From the NCBI GenBank assembly GCA_965218095.1, contig OZ244587.1:4384001-4448000 (forward strand): a DNA stretch of 64,000 bases, written 5' to 3'. The number at the start of each line of letters is the position of its first letter. Position 1 is the first letter of the stretch. The notes under the pieces were generated by a model, which was given only the letters and a program-made list of their open reading frames with translations, was not told the origin of the DNA and ran no database searches. Below are positions 42,869-53,655 of the stretch, piece after piece. The DNA comes from Candidatus Poribacteria bacterium (GTDB lineage Bacteria; Poribacteria; WGA-4E; PCPOR2b). The translations under genes and the position numbers were made by a program.

Positions 42869-43201
42869 CTACGGTTGTGTTAACTCCGGTGCTTCAACGG
42901 TTATATTTGTTACAACGTTGCGCGGTGCTTTTGCGCTGCGACTTGGAAAATCCTTAATTGTTTCATTGATGAGGGTTTTGATCGCTTCTCTGGTTTTTTC
43001 AAAGGGAATGCACTCTAAAACGATGATGGAGCGATCTTCATTGAGCGACTTTTCGTAGTGTAAACCGTATTGAATCCCCATCTGCTTGAGTTCAGGCTCT
43101 ACGCACATAGAAATGAGTCTTTGTTCTTGCAGCGTGATGAAGGCGCTATCAACGAAAAAATGAGTGTGAATCCATGCTTCTCTTTCATCGATAATCTTCA
43201 T
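42869..43201 (-). CDS. Hypothetical protein
   Basis: 110-aa ORF with AAAGGA RBS. Confidence 0.7.
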   Translation of the reverse strand: MKIIDEREAWIHTHFFVDSAFITLQEQRLISMCVEPELKQMGIQYGLHYEKSLNEDRSIIVLECIPFEKTREAIKTLINETIKDFPSRSAKAPRNVVTNITVEAPELTQP

Positions 43202-43308
43202 TGATTGCTTCCTTTCTCATCGTTGACAAGTTTGCAGAGACGGTGACGGACAACTTTGATTATATCATACCACCGACCGAAAGAGAAACAAAATCATTAC
43301 TTCCCTGC

Positions 43309-43337
43309 TTGACAGTCTGCAGATGAAGTGATAGACT
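43309..43337 (+). promoter_or_regulatory. Sigma70-type promoter
   Basis: TTGACA-17-TAGACT. Confidence 0.65.
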
Positions 43338-43387
43338 ATTTTGAAATCTGTTGAGTAAAGACCACATTCCTGAGATGAGTCAGATCG

Positions 43388-43465
43388 ATGAATACCCCCG
43401 TTGCCCTTTACACCTACATCCCCTTCTGTGCGACAAAGTGCTACTACCGTGATTTTTTAAGCTAA
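43388..43465 (+). pseudogene. N-terminal stub of a HemW/HemN radical SAM gene
   Basis: MNTPVALYTYIPFCATKCYYRDF, compare LYIHIPFCxxKCxYCDF. Stops before a palindrome at 43469-43501. Confidence 0.7.
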
Positions 43466-43529
43466 TCAAACCTTGCGAAGGTTCCAAACCTTCGCAAGGT
43501 TGAGTGTTTACGTTCACGTTTTACGAACC

Positions 43530-44018
43530 ATGCCAAGAAAAAACAAAATTCTCAACATCGGCGACAGGGCGCCCTCATTTACCCTGAACTCTGTCCAGCG
43601 TAAAACCGTCAGCCTTGAATCGTATCGCGATCAACAGCATGTAATCCTGGTCTTTTTTCGGGGTACATGGTGACCCAACACTCGTCGCCAGTTGGGGGAC
43701 TTACAAGAACACCTGAACGAATACGCAGATTTGGAGGCTGTGGTTCTTAGCGTCGTCGGCCAATGGGCCCGCGAAGTACGTCGATATGCCGAAGAACACA
43801 ATATTACCTTTCCACCGCTCATTGATAAGGATCGGCAGGTGATTAAAAGTTATGGGGTGTACCATTGGTTGGGGCTCGATGCCTACAACATTGCGCGCCC
43901 GGCGACGTTCGTGATCGATAAGACGGGAATTATCCAGTTCATATACGTTGGCTCAAACCAGTTTGACCTCGCCAGACATGAGGACATCATCGCATGCTTG
44001 AAACGGCTTCAAGTATGA
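43530..44018 (+). CDS. AhpC/TSA-like redoxin, probable selenoprotein (UGA 43671-43673)
   Basis: Two track ORFs are one frame: IGDRAPSFTL...LVFFRGTW-UGA-PNTRRQL...ARPATFVIDKTG. Hairpin CCCAAC...GTTGGG directly after the UGA. Confidence 0.8.
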
Positions 44019-44161
44019 CATATAGAGAGGAAGAAAAGCTCAGGACGGGGGCCTTATACTTTCCCCTTTTCTTGACGCCGTGGGGCCGAATCGCCCAGAT
44101 CTGTTAATCTTAATAGGTCGCTGATTAATTGGTGAATCACAATTTAATTGCACAAAAACGC

Positions 44162-44190
44162 TTGGCTTTGATTATTCGATGTGTTATAAT
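44162..44190 (+). promoter_or_regulatory. Promoter of the superoxide dismutase gene
   Basis: TTGGCT-17-TATAAT with extended TG. Confidence 0.6.
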
Positions 44191-44291
44191 AAAATCGTTC
44201 AAGCGCCGTATATTTAGAACTATTGCGCTTGATTGGTATTGATTCATCACTAATCCCAAAATCAGACGATTCCTTAAGGAGGCAAATTCCA

Positions 44292-44906
44292 ATGGCACAC
44301 ACATTACCCAACCTTCCGTATGCTCATGATGCCTTAGAACCCCATATTGATGCACAAACGATGGAAATCCATCACGGTAAGCACCATCAGGCTTACATCA
44401 ACAACCTCAACACCGCGCTTGAAGGTCTTGATGACCTCGCAGCCTTGTCGGTCGAAGACCTGCTGCGTAACATCGACAAGGTACCGGAAGCCAAGCGGCA
44501 AGCCGTTATCAATAATGGCGGCGGACATGCCAACCATTCACTCTTTTGGACGATCATGAGCCCCAACGGTGGCGGCAACCCCACAGGAGAACTTGCTGAT
44601 GCGATCGTGTCCGCATTTGGATCGGGTGAGGCTGCCAAAGAACAGTTTGTGACAGCTGCGACGACCCGTTTCGGATCCGGCTGGGCATGGTGCGTTGTTG
44701 ATGAAAATGGCGATTTGCAGATTTACTCGACTGCTAACCAAGATAGCCCCGTCATGCAGGGCCATACACCGATACTCGGTCTTGATGTTTGGGAACATGC
44801 CTATTATCTAAAGTATCAAAACCTGCGTCCCGCTTATATTGAAGCCTTTTTCAACGTTGTCAACTGGGCAGAAGTGGAAAGGCGTTACAAAGCAGCAAGC
44901 GGCTAA
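44292..44906 (+). CDS. sodA: Mn/Fe superoxide dismutase (Mn-type signature)
   Basis: [39 protein letters not shown]. Confidence 0.95.
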   Translation: MAHTLPNLPYAHDALEPHIDAQTMEIHHGKHHQAYINNLNTALEGLDDLAALSVEDLLRNIDKVPEAKRQAVINNGGGHANHSLFWTIMSPNGGGNPTGELADAIVSAFGSGEAAKEQFVTAATTRFGSGWAWCVVDENGDLQIYSTANQDSPVMQGHTPILGLDVWEHAYYLKYQNLRPAYIEAFFNVVNWAEVERRYKAASG

Positions 44907-44941
44907 AGTAGGCGTCAGTTAAAGCGAAATTTCGCAAAAAC

Positions 44942-44970
44942 TTGACATCGCACTCAGCCTTGTGTATACT
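44942..44970 (+). promoter_or_regulatory. Sigma70 promoter of the ilv leader
   Basis: TTGACA-17-TATACT. Confidence 0.8.
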
Positions 44971-45007
44971 TAAATGCCCGAATTGGACAGAAAAATTGAA
45001 TACATAA

Positions 45008-45286
45008 AAGCGATGAAGGGGAGGAGTAAGTCGTCCGGTCTTGACAGAGAGGGAGATTCACCGGCTGAGAGATTTCCTGAAGTAACCCCGACTGAAGGTC
45101 ATCCTGGAGCTGCTAGCCTGAAAATGCCAAGTAGGGTTAGCCGGTTTGATGCACGTTAACGCATACCAATGAGCGCCCTTTTGAGCACAGAACTTCACCG
45201 ACAAAAGGGAATCGGAGTGGTACCACGGTAAGGACTTCAAAAGAAGCCCTTCTCGTCTCCAAGTTGGAACGGGAAGGGCTTTTTTA
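45008..45286 (+). promoter_or_regulatory. T-box riboswitch (transcriptional), predicted Val specifier GUC
   Basis: GA motif, AGTA 45025-45028, AGAGA and GCTGA distal loops, GAAG-GTC-A (45098-45100), GGAG-TGGTACC-ACG pairing with CGT-CTCC, terminator AAGCCCTTC...GAAGGGCTTTTTT. Confidence 0.9.
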
Positions 45287-45309
45287 ATTGGCGCTGTCAG
45301 TTATACGCT

Positions 45310-45493
45310 ATATTCCGCACCTGTTTTTGGGGTTTCCGGTATTTATTGAAATACTGTAAACCCGTATGGATACTGAGTCCTTCAATTTTTGACAATCCGA
45401 TTAGATCGTGGATTTTATTTGAGTTGCGCCCAAAAACGGTGTTTTTGGCCTCCAAAAAGGTCACAAACCCAGTATTCATGGGGTGCGGAATAT
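45310..45493. repeat. MITE-like insert between T-box and ilvB
   Basis: 12-bp inverted ends ATATTCCGCACC/GGTGCGGAATAT. No clear TSD. Confidence 0.55.
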
Positions 45494-45642
45494 GGGTTAC
45501 ACCAGTTCTCCATTCAAAAAACGCAGGATACAAGACAAGAGACAAGATGCAATACACAGCAGTTTACCTGCATCATTGCATCTTGAATCCTGATGGGATG
45601 AATGCATAGATTGAAAACAGAGTTGATTATAAGGAAAAAACT

Positions 45643-47319
45643 ATGGAAATATCAGGCGCAAAAATACTGATTGAAAGTCTCAAACGCGAAGGTGTGGAGT
45701 ACGTTTTCGGCGTCAATGGCGGTGCAGCGATGCCAATCTTTGATGCCCTCTACGAGCACCTCGATGTTAAACTAATCATGATGCGGCACGAACAAGGCGC
45801 ATCGCATGCCGCTGACGGCTATGCGCGCGCAACGGGCAAAGTCGGCGTCGCGCTTGCCACTTCAGGCCCCGGCGCAACAAATCTGGTAACTGGTATCGCA
45901 ACCGCCTTTATGGATTCCATTCCGATGGTGGCAATCACGGGGCAGGTCTTCACCCACTTAATGGGCAACGATGCCTTCCAGGAATGCGACGTCATCGGCG
46001 TCACAAGACCAATCTGCAAGCACAGCTACCTGATCAAAAGCAGTGATGAGGTAGCCGATATCGTCGCGGAAGCCTTCCACATCGCTAGCACAGGACGCCC
46101 GGGCCCTGTTGTTGTCGATTTTGCCAAAGATGCACAAATCCACGAATCACTCTTCCGTTACCCAGAGGGGGTCAATATCCGCAGTTACAAGCCCAAAGTC
46201 GATGGACATCCCCGCCAGATCGCCAAAGCCGTTGAACTGATTCATAATTCAGAACGCCCGATGCTCTATGCAGGGGGCGGCGTCGTACTTTCCAATGCCT
46301 CGGAGGAATTACGCGAGTTAGCGATTAAAACCGGTATTCCAATCACGGTGACGCTTATGGGGCTTGGTGCATTCCCCGAAACCCATCCGCTGGCGATGGA
46401 GATGCCGGGTATGCACGGCTCTTGCTGCGCGAACTATGCGTTTACAGATTCTGATCTCGTGATTGCGGTCGGTGCCCGGTTCGATGACCGCGTCACGGGG
46501 GACTTAACGAAATTCGCACCGCAAGCCAAGAAGATCCATATCGACATTGATGCCTCATGTATTGGCAAAAACGTCCCGGTTGACGTGCCGATTGTCGGCG
46601 ATGCCAAGCGCGTATTGGCGGAAATGAACAAACTCCTGCATCGCGTGGACATCGAACCCTGGATGCGCCAAATTGATGAGTGGAAAGAGAAATATCCCTT
46701 CGAGTACCACCCAAACGGCGATAAGATTATGCCGCAATACGTGATTGAGCAGATCTATGACCTTTATTCTGATGCGGTGGTCGTCGGAGATGTCGGACAG
46801 CATCAGATGTGGGCAGGGCAATACTTCAAATTCACCGAACCCCGTCAGTGGTTAAACTCCGGTGGACTCGGCACGATGGGGTTTAGCTTGCCTGCTGCGA
46901 TTGGGGCGCAACTCGGCTGTCCGGACAAAACGGTCGTCAATATCAATGGGGACGGTTCATACATTATGACGATGCAGGAACTTGTCCCCGCGATCACCCT
47001 GAAGCTCCCGCTCAAGATCTTTATCATCAACAACATGTATCTCGGCATGGTGCGGCAGTGGCAGGAGCTCTTCCACCAAAAACGTTATTCAGCCGTTGAT
47101 TACCATGATAATCCCGATTTCGCGCTGCTTGCCCAAGCATTCGGCGCGACAGGCATTCGTGTTGAACGAATTGAAGATGTCCGCCCAGCATTGGAGAAAG
47201 CAAAGGGCATCAATGATGGTCCCGTCGTCATCGACTTTATTGTCGATGAAGATGAGAATGTCTTCCCAATGGTCCCAGCGGGCGCAGGACTCGGTGACGT
47301 CATACGAGGTCTGGCTTAA
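45643..47319 (+). CDS. ilvB: Acetolactate synthase large subunit
   Basis: RHEQGA, TSGPGATN, GARFDDRVTG, SGGLGTMG, GDGS...NN, LGMVRQWQ. Confidence 0.97.
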   Translation: MEISGAKILIESLKREGVEYVFGVNGGAAMPIFDALYEHLDVKLIMMRHEQGASHAADGYARATGKVGVALATSGPGATNLVTGIATAFMDSIPMVAITGQVFTHLMGNDAFQECDVIGVTRPICKHSYLIKSSDEVADIVAEAFHIASTGRPGPVVVDFAKDAQIHESLFRYPEGVNIRSYKPKVDGHPRQIAKAVELIHNSERPMLYAGGGVVLSNASEELRELAIKTGIPITVTLMGLGAFPETHPLAMEMPGMHGSCCANYAFTDSDLVIAVGARFDDRVTGDLTKFAPQAKKIHIDIDASCIGKNVPVDVPIVGDAKRVLAEMNKLLHRVDIEPWMRQIDEWKEKYPFEYHPNGDKIMPQYVIEQIYDLYSDAVVVGDVGQHQMWAGQYFKFTEPRQWLNSGGLGTMGFSLPAAIGAQLGCPDKTVVNINGDGSYIMTMQELVPAITLKLPLKIFIINNMYLGMVRQWQELFHQKRYSAVDYHDNPDFALLAQAFGATGIRVERIEDVRPALEKAKGINDGPVVIDFIVDEDENVFPMVPAGAGLGDVIRGLA

Positions 47320-47414
47320 AAAGTGCACGGAGTGAACTACAGATGGTATAAAGTGCCTAAAGTTCGCAACTCATCTTTGTTTACAAAGGCAAAGTTTCCT
47401 CGCAGGTGGTTATA

Positions 47415-47906
47415 ATGGCTGAAGAAAGACATATCTTTTCTGTGCTCGTTGAAAATCGCTTCGGTGTCCTTGCACGAATTTCAGGACTATTTAGCGGACG
47501 CGGTTTTAATATCGATAGCCTGAATGTCGCTGAGACTGACGATCCGGAAGTTTCGCACATGACAATCGTCACGCATGGTGACGCGCAGATCATCGAGCAG
47601 ATCTACAAGCACCTGAATAAGCTAATTGACGTGATCAAGGTGACGGACCTCACCACCGAAAACCATGTCGAGCGGGAGCTGGTGCTGATCAAGGTCAAAG
47701 CCGAACCGGAGCGGCGTGGAGAGATTCTCCATATTGTGGAAATCTTCCGCGCCCGCACGGTTGATGTCAGTCTCAATACCTTAACAATCGAGGTGACGGG
47801 TGACAAAGGGAAGCTCAAGGCTGCGATTGATCTACTGCGCCCGTACGGTATTCAAGAATTAGCCCGTACCGGTAAAATTGCGCTGATGCGTGGAACAGGA
47901 AAATGA
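47415..47906 (+). CDS. ilvN: Acetolactate synthase small subunit
   Basis: VENRFGVLARISGLFSGRGFNIDSL, ELARTG. Confidence 0.97.
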   Translation: MAEERHIFSVLVENRFGVLARISGLFSGRGFNIDSLNVAETDDPEVSHMTIVTHGDAQIIEQIYKHLNKLIDVIKVTDLTTENHVERELVLIKVKAEPERRGEILHIVEIFRARTVDVSLNTLTIEVTGDKGKLKAAIDLLRPYGIQELARTGKIALMRGTGK

Positions 47907-48228
47907 GAGGGAATGCTAAGAGGCTCCTTCCGATACTCACACAAGGAATATTGGAAGAATGGGAAGAAAAGTGTATTGGTCAGGAAGATGGTAGACATTA
48001 TCTCCTACAATTTGCGGCTTGGATTTGGCGAGCAAAAGTGTCGATCATCCTATTGACCATTACAGAATGGGAAGAAAAGAAAGACTGGAAGAAAGGTGCT
48101 TGCATCCCGATCTGCCTGCACTTGCGTAGTCTGATTCTCGGACGAGCGCGGTGAGATCGGGGGAAAGATTCGCGTCACCTTTCACACACCACGTTTCACG
48201 TATCACGTTTCATGTGAAGGAGAGTTTT

Positions 48229-49221
48229 ATGGCAACAATCTACTACGATAGCAATGCAAATTTTGATTTACTGAAAGAACGAACAATTGCAGTCATTGGG
48301 TACGGCGCTCAAGGACGTGCTCAAGCGTTAAACCTCAAGGATAGCGGCGCAAACGTCATCGTCGGGCTGCGTCCAACCAGCCGATCGCGAGCGGAGGCGG
48401 AGGCCGCAGGATTGACGGTCAAAAGTGTCGATGAAGCCGCCGCCGAGGCCAACATTGTTCAAATCCTCATTCCAGACGAACAACATGGGACAGTTTATCG
48501 GGATCAAATCGAGCCGAATATGGAAGCCGGCAATATGTTGATGGTTTCGCACGGTTTCAGCATCCATTTTGGGCAGATTGTCCCATCGGGCGACATTGAC
48601 GTAGCGATGATTGCCCCGAAGGGCCCCGGCTCGCTCTTGCGCACGGTTTTTGAGGAGGGCGGCGGTGTGCCGTGCCTTATCGCCATCCATCAGGATACGA
48701 CGGGACATGCGAGAGACATCGCGCTTGCCTATGCGAAAGGAATCGGCGGCACCCGTGCAGGCGTCATCGAAACCACCTTCCGCGAGGAAACTGAAACTGA
48801 TCTCTTCGGAGAACAAGCGGTGTTATGCGGCGGCACGACTGCGCTCATCAAAGCCGCATTCGATACTCTCGTTGAAGCGGGCTACCAGCCCGAAATGGCA
48901 TACTTTGAATGCCTGCACGAGTTGAAGCTGATCGTCGATCTAATTTACACGGGTGGTCTCAGCAAAATGCGTAATGACATCAGCAATACCGCTGAATACG
49001 GCGATCTCAGCCGCGGCTCCCGCGTTGTCGACGAAAGTGTGAGGGAGCGTATGCGAGGACTCCTCAAAGATATACAGAGCGGTGAGTTTGCACGGGAATG
49101 GGTGCTGGAAAATCAGGCGAATCAGCCCGTGCTGCAAGCCCTGCGCCGCCGAGAGTCGGAGTTGCCGGTTGAAAAGGTCGGTAGGAATCTACGGAGCATG
49201 ATGAGTTGGCTTGCGGAGTAA
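48229..49221 (+). CDS. ilvC: Ketol-acid reductoisomerase
   Basis: [39 protein letters not shown] follows AAGGAG. Confidence 0.97.
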   Translation: MATIYYDSNANFDLLKERTIAVIGYGAQGRAQALNLKDSGANVIVGLRPTSRSRAEAEAAGLTVKSVDEAAAEANIVQILIPDEQHGTVYRDQIEPNMEAGNMLMVSHGFSIHFGQIVPSGDIDVAMIAPKGPGSLLRTVFEEGGGVPCLIAIHQDTTGHARDIALAYAKGIGGTRAGVIETTFREETETDLFGEQAVLCGGTTALIKAAFDTLVEAGYQPEMAYFECLHELKLIVDLIYTGGLSKMRNDISNTAEYGDLSRGSRVVDESVRERMRGLLKDIQSGEFAREWVLENQANQPVLQALRRRESELPVEKVGRNLRSMMSWLAE

Positions 49222-49627
49222 TACTGGTTTAGGCTTGCGTGTTCCTATGCGTAGAACTACTAGGTTTGGCAAACCTGGCAGGTCTAAATAAGCAGAATAG
49301 GAAATTTCAAGGGAATAAGTAGTTACTGGCTTAAATCAACCGCAGAGGCGCAGAGTGCGCAGAGTTTTTTTAATTCTTTTCTGTGTTCTCCGCGTTCTCC
49401 GCGTTAAATAAGCGTGTTACGATTTATTGCGAAATGTCAAGTCTTAGTCTACTTATTACGAATTTCAAACCGACATCGGTACAATCCTGCGGTTGTTCGA
49501 TTTGCTAAAAATAGCGCATGATTATACCATCGAATGGTGAAAGTCGCCACTACGGTTGTGGTGGCGACTTTTTGTTTCGGATGCAAAGTCCAATCCTCAC
49601 CTGATATCGGGAAGGCCATCTCTCATT

Positions 49628-50881
49628 ATGGATACAATTGGAACAGAAGTCCAGCAGTATGAAAAACGCAATTTCATTGTATTTGCGGTGAACCAGATTT
49701 TTATGCGCCTCGGCTGGATTTTCAAGACCGAATCGGTGGTCATGCCGGGATTTCTGGATGTGCATACCCCATCGGGCATCATCAGAGGTTTCCTGCCGCT
49801 TATTTCGCGAATCGGTCAGAGCGTACCTCAGATTTTCATCGCATATCATGTGGCAAAAATACCGAGAAAGCAAATCGTGTTTGTAGTCTCTGCCTTCAGC
49901 ATCATGATTCCCTGGCTGGTATTGGCGCTGACGTTAGGGCTGGGGTGTTGGTCAAACAGCGCCATCGTAGCGATTTTTCTCATGCTGTATGCCCTACACT
50001 GGCTGACTTACGGCTCCAATATCCTGGCACACGGTACGCTGCAGGGAAAGCTGATTCGCCCTGAAAGGCGGGGGCGTCTACTGGCTTATGCCAACATCAT
50101 TGGATGCGCACTTGCAATCGCTGCCGTCTGGCTTGTCATGCCGCGCTGGCTTCGAGGCGAAAACGCTAATTATACCTGGATATTTGGAACAACGGGGATA
50201 TTCTTTGGTCTTGCTGCGTATGCCAGTTTGTATTTCCGTGAGCCCTCTGATTCACAGTCGAAGCAAATCGTTCCTTTTCTCAAGTATCTCGGTTCAGGAG
50301 TGATGTTGTTACGGTATGATAGGAATTTTCGCGTGCTGGCAATAGTGCTGGTGTTGTTCTATATGGGTTGGCCCATTTTCCCTCACTACACCATCTTTGG
50401 AAAGCGGGCATTGAGATTGGTGTCGAGGAACTTCGTCACGTTGTTGATTGCACAGAACACGGTCAGCGGGCTTGGCTCCCTTGTGATGGGGAACACCGCA
50501 GATCGATGCGGCAATCGGATTGTGTTGCGCGTGCTGATATTTATCTTCGCCTGTGTGCCCCTGCTGGCAGTTGGTCTTAGCCGGTTGCCCATGGGAGCGC
50601 GGTTCTACTGGCTCGTGTATGCCTGTTTGGGCTTCACCCCGGTATCCAACCGCATTTTCACGAACTACACACTTGAAATCTCTCCCCAAGAAAAACACCC
50701 ACAATATCTGGGGATGCTAAGTGTCCTTCAGACCGTGCCGTTGTTTGGTTCACCGGTGGTTGGCCTGTTGATTGACCGATTCTCTTTTGAACCCGTATTC
50801 ATTGCCTGCTCTGCCCTGGTCTTCTGCGGCGTCCTGCTGACCTTTTGGTTGGTTGAACCCCGATCTGGTCAACCCGTTTAA
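49628..50881 (+). CDS. MFS transporter
   Basis: About 12 hydrophobic segments and GNTADRCGNR (motif A-like). Confidence 0.85.
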   Translation: MDTIGTEVQQYEKRNFIVFAVNQIFMRLGWIFKTESVVMPGFLDVHTPSGIIRGFLPLISRIGQSVPQIFIAYHVAKIPRKQIVFVVSAFSIMIPWLVLALTLGLGCWSNSAIVAIFLMLYALHWLTYGSNILAHGTLQGKLIRPERRGRLLAYANIIGCALAIAAVWLVMPRWLRGENANYTWIFGTTGIFFGLAAYASLYFREPSDSQSKQIVPFLKYLGSGVMLLRYDRNFRVLAIVLVLFYMGWPIFPHYTIFGKRALRLVSRNFVTLLIAQNTVSGLGSLVMGNTADRCGNRIVLRVLIFIFACVPLLAVGLSRLPMGARFYWLVYACLGFTPVSNRIFTNYTLEISPQEKHPQYLGMLSVLQTVPLFGSPVVGLLIDRFSFEPVFIACSALVFCGVLLTFWLVEPRSGQPV

Positions 50882-51155
50882 TATCCCAGTAGTCAAAGTA
50901 ATCGATCCGAAAATAGGGCAATAACGTATAACAAGCAGGGGAATCGCAAAGAGGTCGTATGCTCTAATGAAAAACAAATCAACCTTGAACCACTACTGAG
51001 TATGGGATATTTATTTTCAACAAAAGACAAACGATGAAGCAATCGATTAACATGAGCAAATGGAGCAATAAATTCGTACATCACGTTTCACGCCTCACCT
51101 TGTATTCGTCCTGTTAACACTCACCAGTGCCCTCACCTTCGCAAATCAGGTTCTT

Positions 51156-52757
51156 TTGAATCCCGATCCCATCGGGGTCAAATTTGTCGAAGTCACAAAG
51201 GAAGCAGGCATCCACTTCAAACACCACGACGGCCGGAGCGGACGCCGATACTTCATTGAACCCCTCGGCGCAGGCGCCGCCTTTTTGGACTACGACAACG
51301 ACAACTTCCAAGACATCTACTTCGTCAACGGTGCCGACCTCCCCGGCGCGACCTCAAAAGAGCCGCCTCGAAACGCTCTCTATCGTAACAACGGCGACAG
51401 TACGTTCACTGATGTGACCCAAACAGCGGACGTCGGCGATACAGGGTACGGCATGGGGTGTGCGGTTGGAGACTACGATAACGACGGCTTTCCTGACCTG
51501 TACGTGACCAATTTTGGGGCAAACATCTTTTACCGTAACAACGGCGACGGCACTTTTACCGATGTCACAGCAGAAACGGGCACCGGGGATACGCGTTGGG
51601 GGGCAAGCTGCGCTTTTGCGGACTACGACAACGACGGCTTTTTAGATCTCTACGTGGCAAACTATGTGAAGTATGCTATCGAGTCTGACAAAGTTTGCAC
51701 GAGGAAAGGAATGCGCGTCTATTGCGACCCACGCCTCTATGCGGGGGAGTTGGATATTCTCTATCACAACAACGGCGATGGGACGTTTACCAATGTGACG
51801 GAATCCGCAGGTTTTTCCAAAGCAACGGGGCGGGGACTCGCTGTTGCTCTCGGGGATTACGATGACGACGGCGACCATGATCTCTATGTCGCCAATGACG
51901 CCTACCAGAATTTCCTTTATCGCAACAACGGGGATGGCACGTTTATGGATGTCAGCCTGATCGCGGATGTTGGCTTCAGCGAAGACGGAGAAGCGGAAAA
52001 CGGCATGGGGGTTGACTTTGGAGATTATGATAACGATGGACGCCTGGATCTCATCGTCACGAACTTCCAGGGACAAACGAATACACTCTATTACAACGAG
52101 GGGAACGAGCTATTTTCCGATCTGAGCTATGCCTCGAAGATTGGGACGATAAGCCTGCCTTATCTGGCATGGGGCGTGAATTTCTTCGACTACGACAACG
52201 ACAGTTATCAGGACCTGTTTATTGCCAATGGACATCTCCACGAAAATGTCCGCAAATTTGATCCAGTTGGATTTTATGAGCAGCCCAATCTGCTTTTCCG
52301 AAATAATCGCGACGGCGCTTTTGATGAGGTCGGCGTACAATCCGGTCAAGGTTTGCGCCTGGAGAAAGTCAGCCGTGGCGCCGCATTCGCCGATTATGAC
52401 AACGATGGCGATCTCGATCTGCTTGTGACGAATTTGAATGCTCCTCCGGATCTGTTGCGGAACAACGGTGGCAATCAGAATGCGTGGCTTACCCTTAAAC
52501 TTGTCGGCACATGCAGCAATCAAGACGCAATTGGCGCCAGGGTCAAAGTGACAACAGGAAACATCACGCAAATCCGGGAAGTCCGCAGTGGTTCAAGCTA
52601 TCTGTCGCAAAGTGACATGCGTTTGCACTTTGGTCTGGGGGAACATCAACAGATTGATCTGATCGAGATTCGATGGCCAAGTGGTTTGAAGGAGCGCCTC
52701 GAAGGAATCCAAGCCAATCGAATGCTTACGCTGATTGAAGGGAAAGTAGGGCGGTGA
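51156..52757 (+). CDS. CRTAC1 / FG-GAP / ASPIC-UnbV family protein (leader possibly frameshifted)
   Basis: Repeated DYDNDGxxDL and YRNNGDGTF, C-terminal AIGARV...SGSSYLSQ...LHFGLG...IRWPSG. Confidence 0.92.
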   Translation: MNPDPIGVKFVEVTKEAGIHFKHHDGRSGRRYFIEPLGAGAAFLDYDNDNFQDIYFVNGADLPGATSKEPPRNALYRNNGDSTFTDVTQTADVGDTGYGMGCAVGDYDNDGFPDLYVTNFGANIFYRNNGDGTFTDVTAETGTGDTRWGASCAFADYDNDGFLDLYVANYVKYAIESDKVCTRKGMRVYCDPRLYAGELDILYHNNGDGTFTNVTESAGFSKATGRGLAVALGDYDDDGDHDLYVANDAYQNFLYRNNGDGTFMDVSLIADVGFSEDGEAENGMGVDFGDYDNDGRLDLIVTNFQGQTNTLYYNEGNELFSDLSYASKIGTISLPYLAWGVNFFDYDNDSYQDLFIANGHLHENVRKFDPVGFYEQPNLLFRNNRDGAFDEVGVQSGQGLRLEKVSRGAAFADYDNDGDLDLLVTNLNAPPDLLRNNGGNQNAWLTLKLVGTCSNQDAIGARVKVTTGNITQIREVRSGSSYLSQSDMRLHFGLGEHQQIDLIEIRWPSGLKERLEGIQANRMLTLIEGKVGR

Positions 52758-52839
52758 AACTCAATCGCTAGTGGTTAAGCCCATATAGGGTTGGTAGACC
52801 TAACAGGTTTCTCATGGGGAATTTCTACTCCGAACTCGT

Positions 52840-53655
52840 TTACGTCTTACGGATTGTAATTGAATCGCCCCGCTTCAGTCCAAGGGCTTGTGCCGCATTA
52901 CCTTGGTTGATCGAGATCTCCAGCCGATTAAAGCTGCCGATGATTGCTAAAGCTTCGCCGATTGCAGATTCGGCGTACGAGCGGTTGAGATGACTTATCT
53001 CTGCGGTTCCCGCCTGAATAACAAAACTGTTTCGCCCCTCCATCGACTCCAGGATTTCGTAAGAAATGTCCGTGACCAAATTCCCAAAGTAGTCAATCCA
53101 GATTACATGCCCGATGATTGTGTCGTCTGTCACTTGAGGCGTCGGGATGGGGAGTCGCACAGGGTATGCAACCGGGCTTCCCAGATCGTCAATCGGCACG
53201 CCGCATGAAAGGTGAGCTGCAGCGGGGGTGAAAATATCCCTGCCGTGAAACGTATTGCTAACCCTAGGCAAAAAGTAAGTCGCATTCTCCAATGTTACCA
53301 CATGGACGTAACTCTCATTCTGGAGGACATGGGTCAAAATCCCGTTATCCGGGCAGATGAAAAACGCGGTTTCCGTCTGGCAGGCAATTGCGCGACGTTG
53401 ACTGCCCACCCCTGGATCCACGACAATTACGTGAATGGTCCCGCTTGGGAAATAGCGGTACGCCGAATCGATTAGAAATGCAGCGCTGTAAATGTCTTGC
53501 GGCGGGATAACGTGTGTGATGTCAATGATCTGTGCCCGCGGGTTGATGTTCAAAATCACGCCTTTCATTACGCCGACATAAAGATCGTTTGTCCCAAAAT
53601 CGGTCGTGAAGGTGATGGTTCCTGATGCGGAGAGCAGTGTCAATTCCATCGGCAT
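52840..53655 (-). CDS. SAM hydrolase / DUF62 (chlorinase-fluorinase superfamily)
   Basis: TTDFG, VVDPGVGSQR, PDNG, SNTFHGRDIF, DYFGN. ATG follows GGAGG. Confidence 0.9.
   Translation of the reverse strand: MPMELTLLSASGTITFTTDFGTNDLYVGVMKGVILNINPRAQIIDITHVIPPQDIYSAAFLIDSAYRYFPSGTIHVIVVDPGVGSQRRAIACQTETAFFICPDNGILTHVLQNESYVHVVTLENATYFLPRVSNTFHGRDIFTPAAAHLSCGVPIDDLGSPVAYPVRLPIPTPQVTDDTIIGHVIWIDYFGNLVTDISYEILESMEGRNSFVIQAGTAEISHLNRSYAESAIGEALAIIGSFNRLEISINQGNAAQALGLKRGDSITIRKT

Noticed and set aside
47903-48154. 83-aa ORF between ilvN and ilvC
   Set aside because: Its content is driven by a repeated GAATGGGAAGAAAAG motif, so it is probably repeat-derived intergenic DNA, although its start does overlap the ilvN stop.
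52840-53655. Halogenase (fluorinase/chlorinase)
   Set aside because: The Asp/Arg/His residues in DPGVG..R and TFHGRD indicate the common DUF62 SAM hydrolase, and there is no biosynthetic context.
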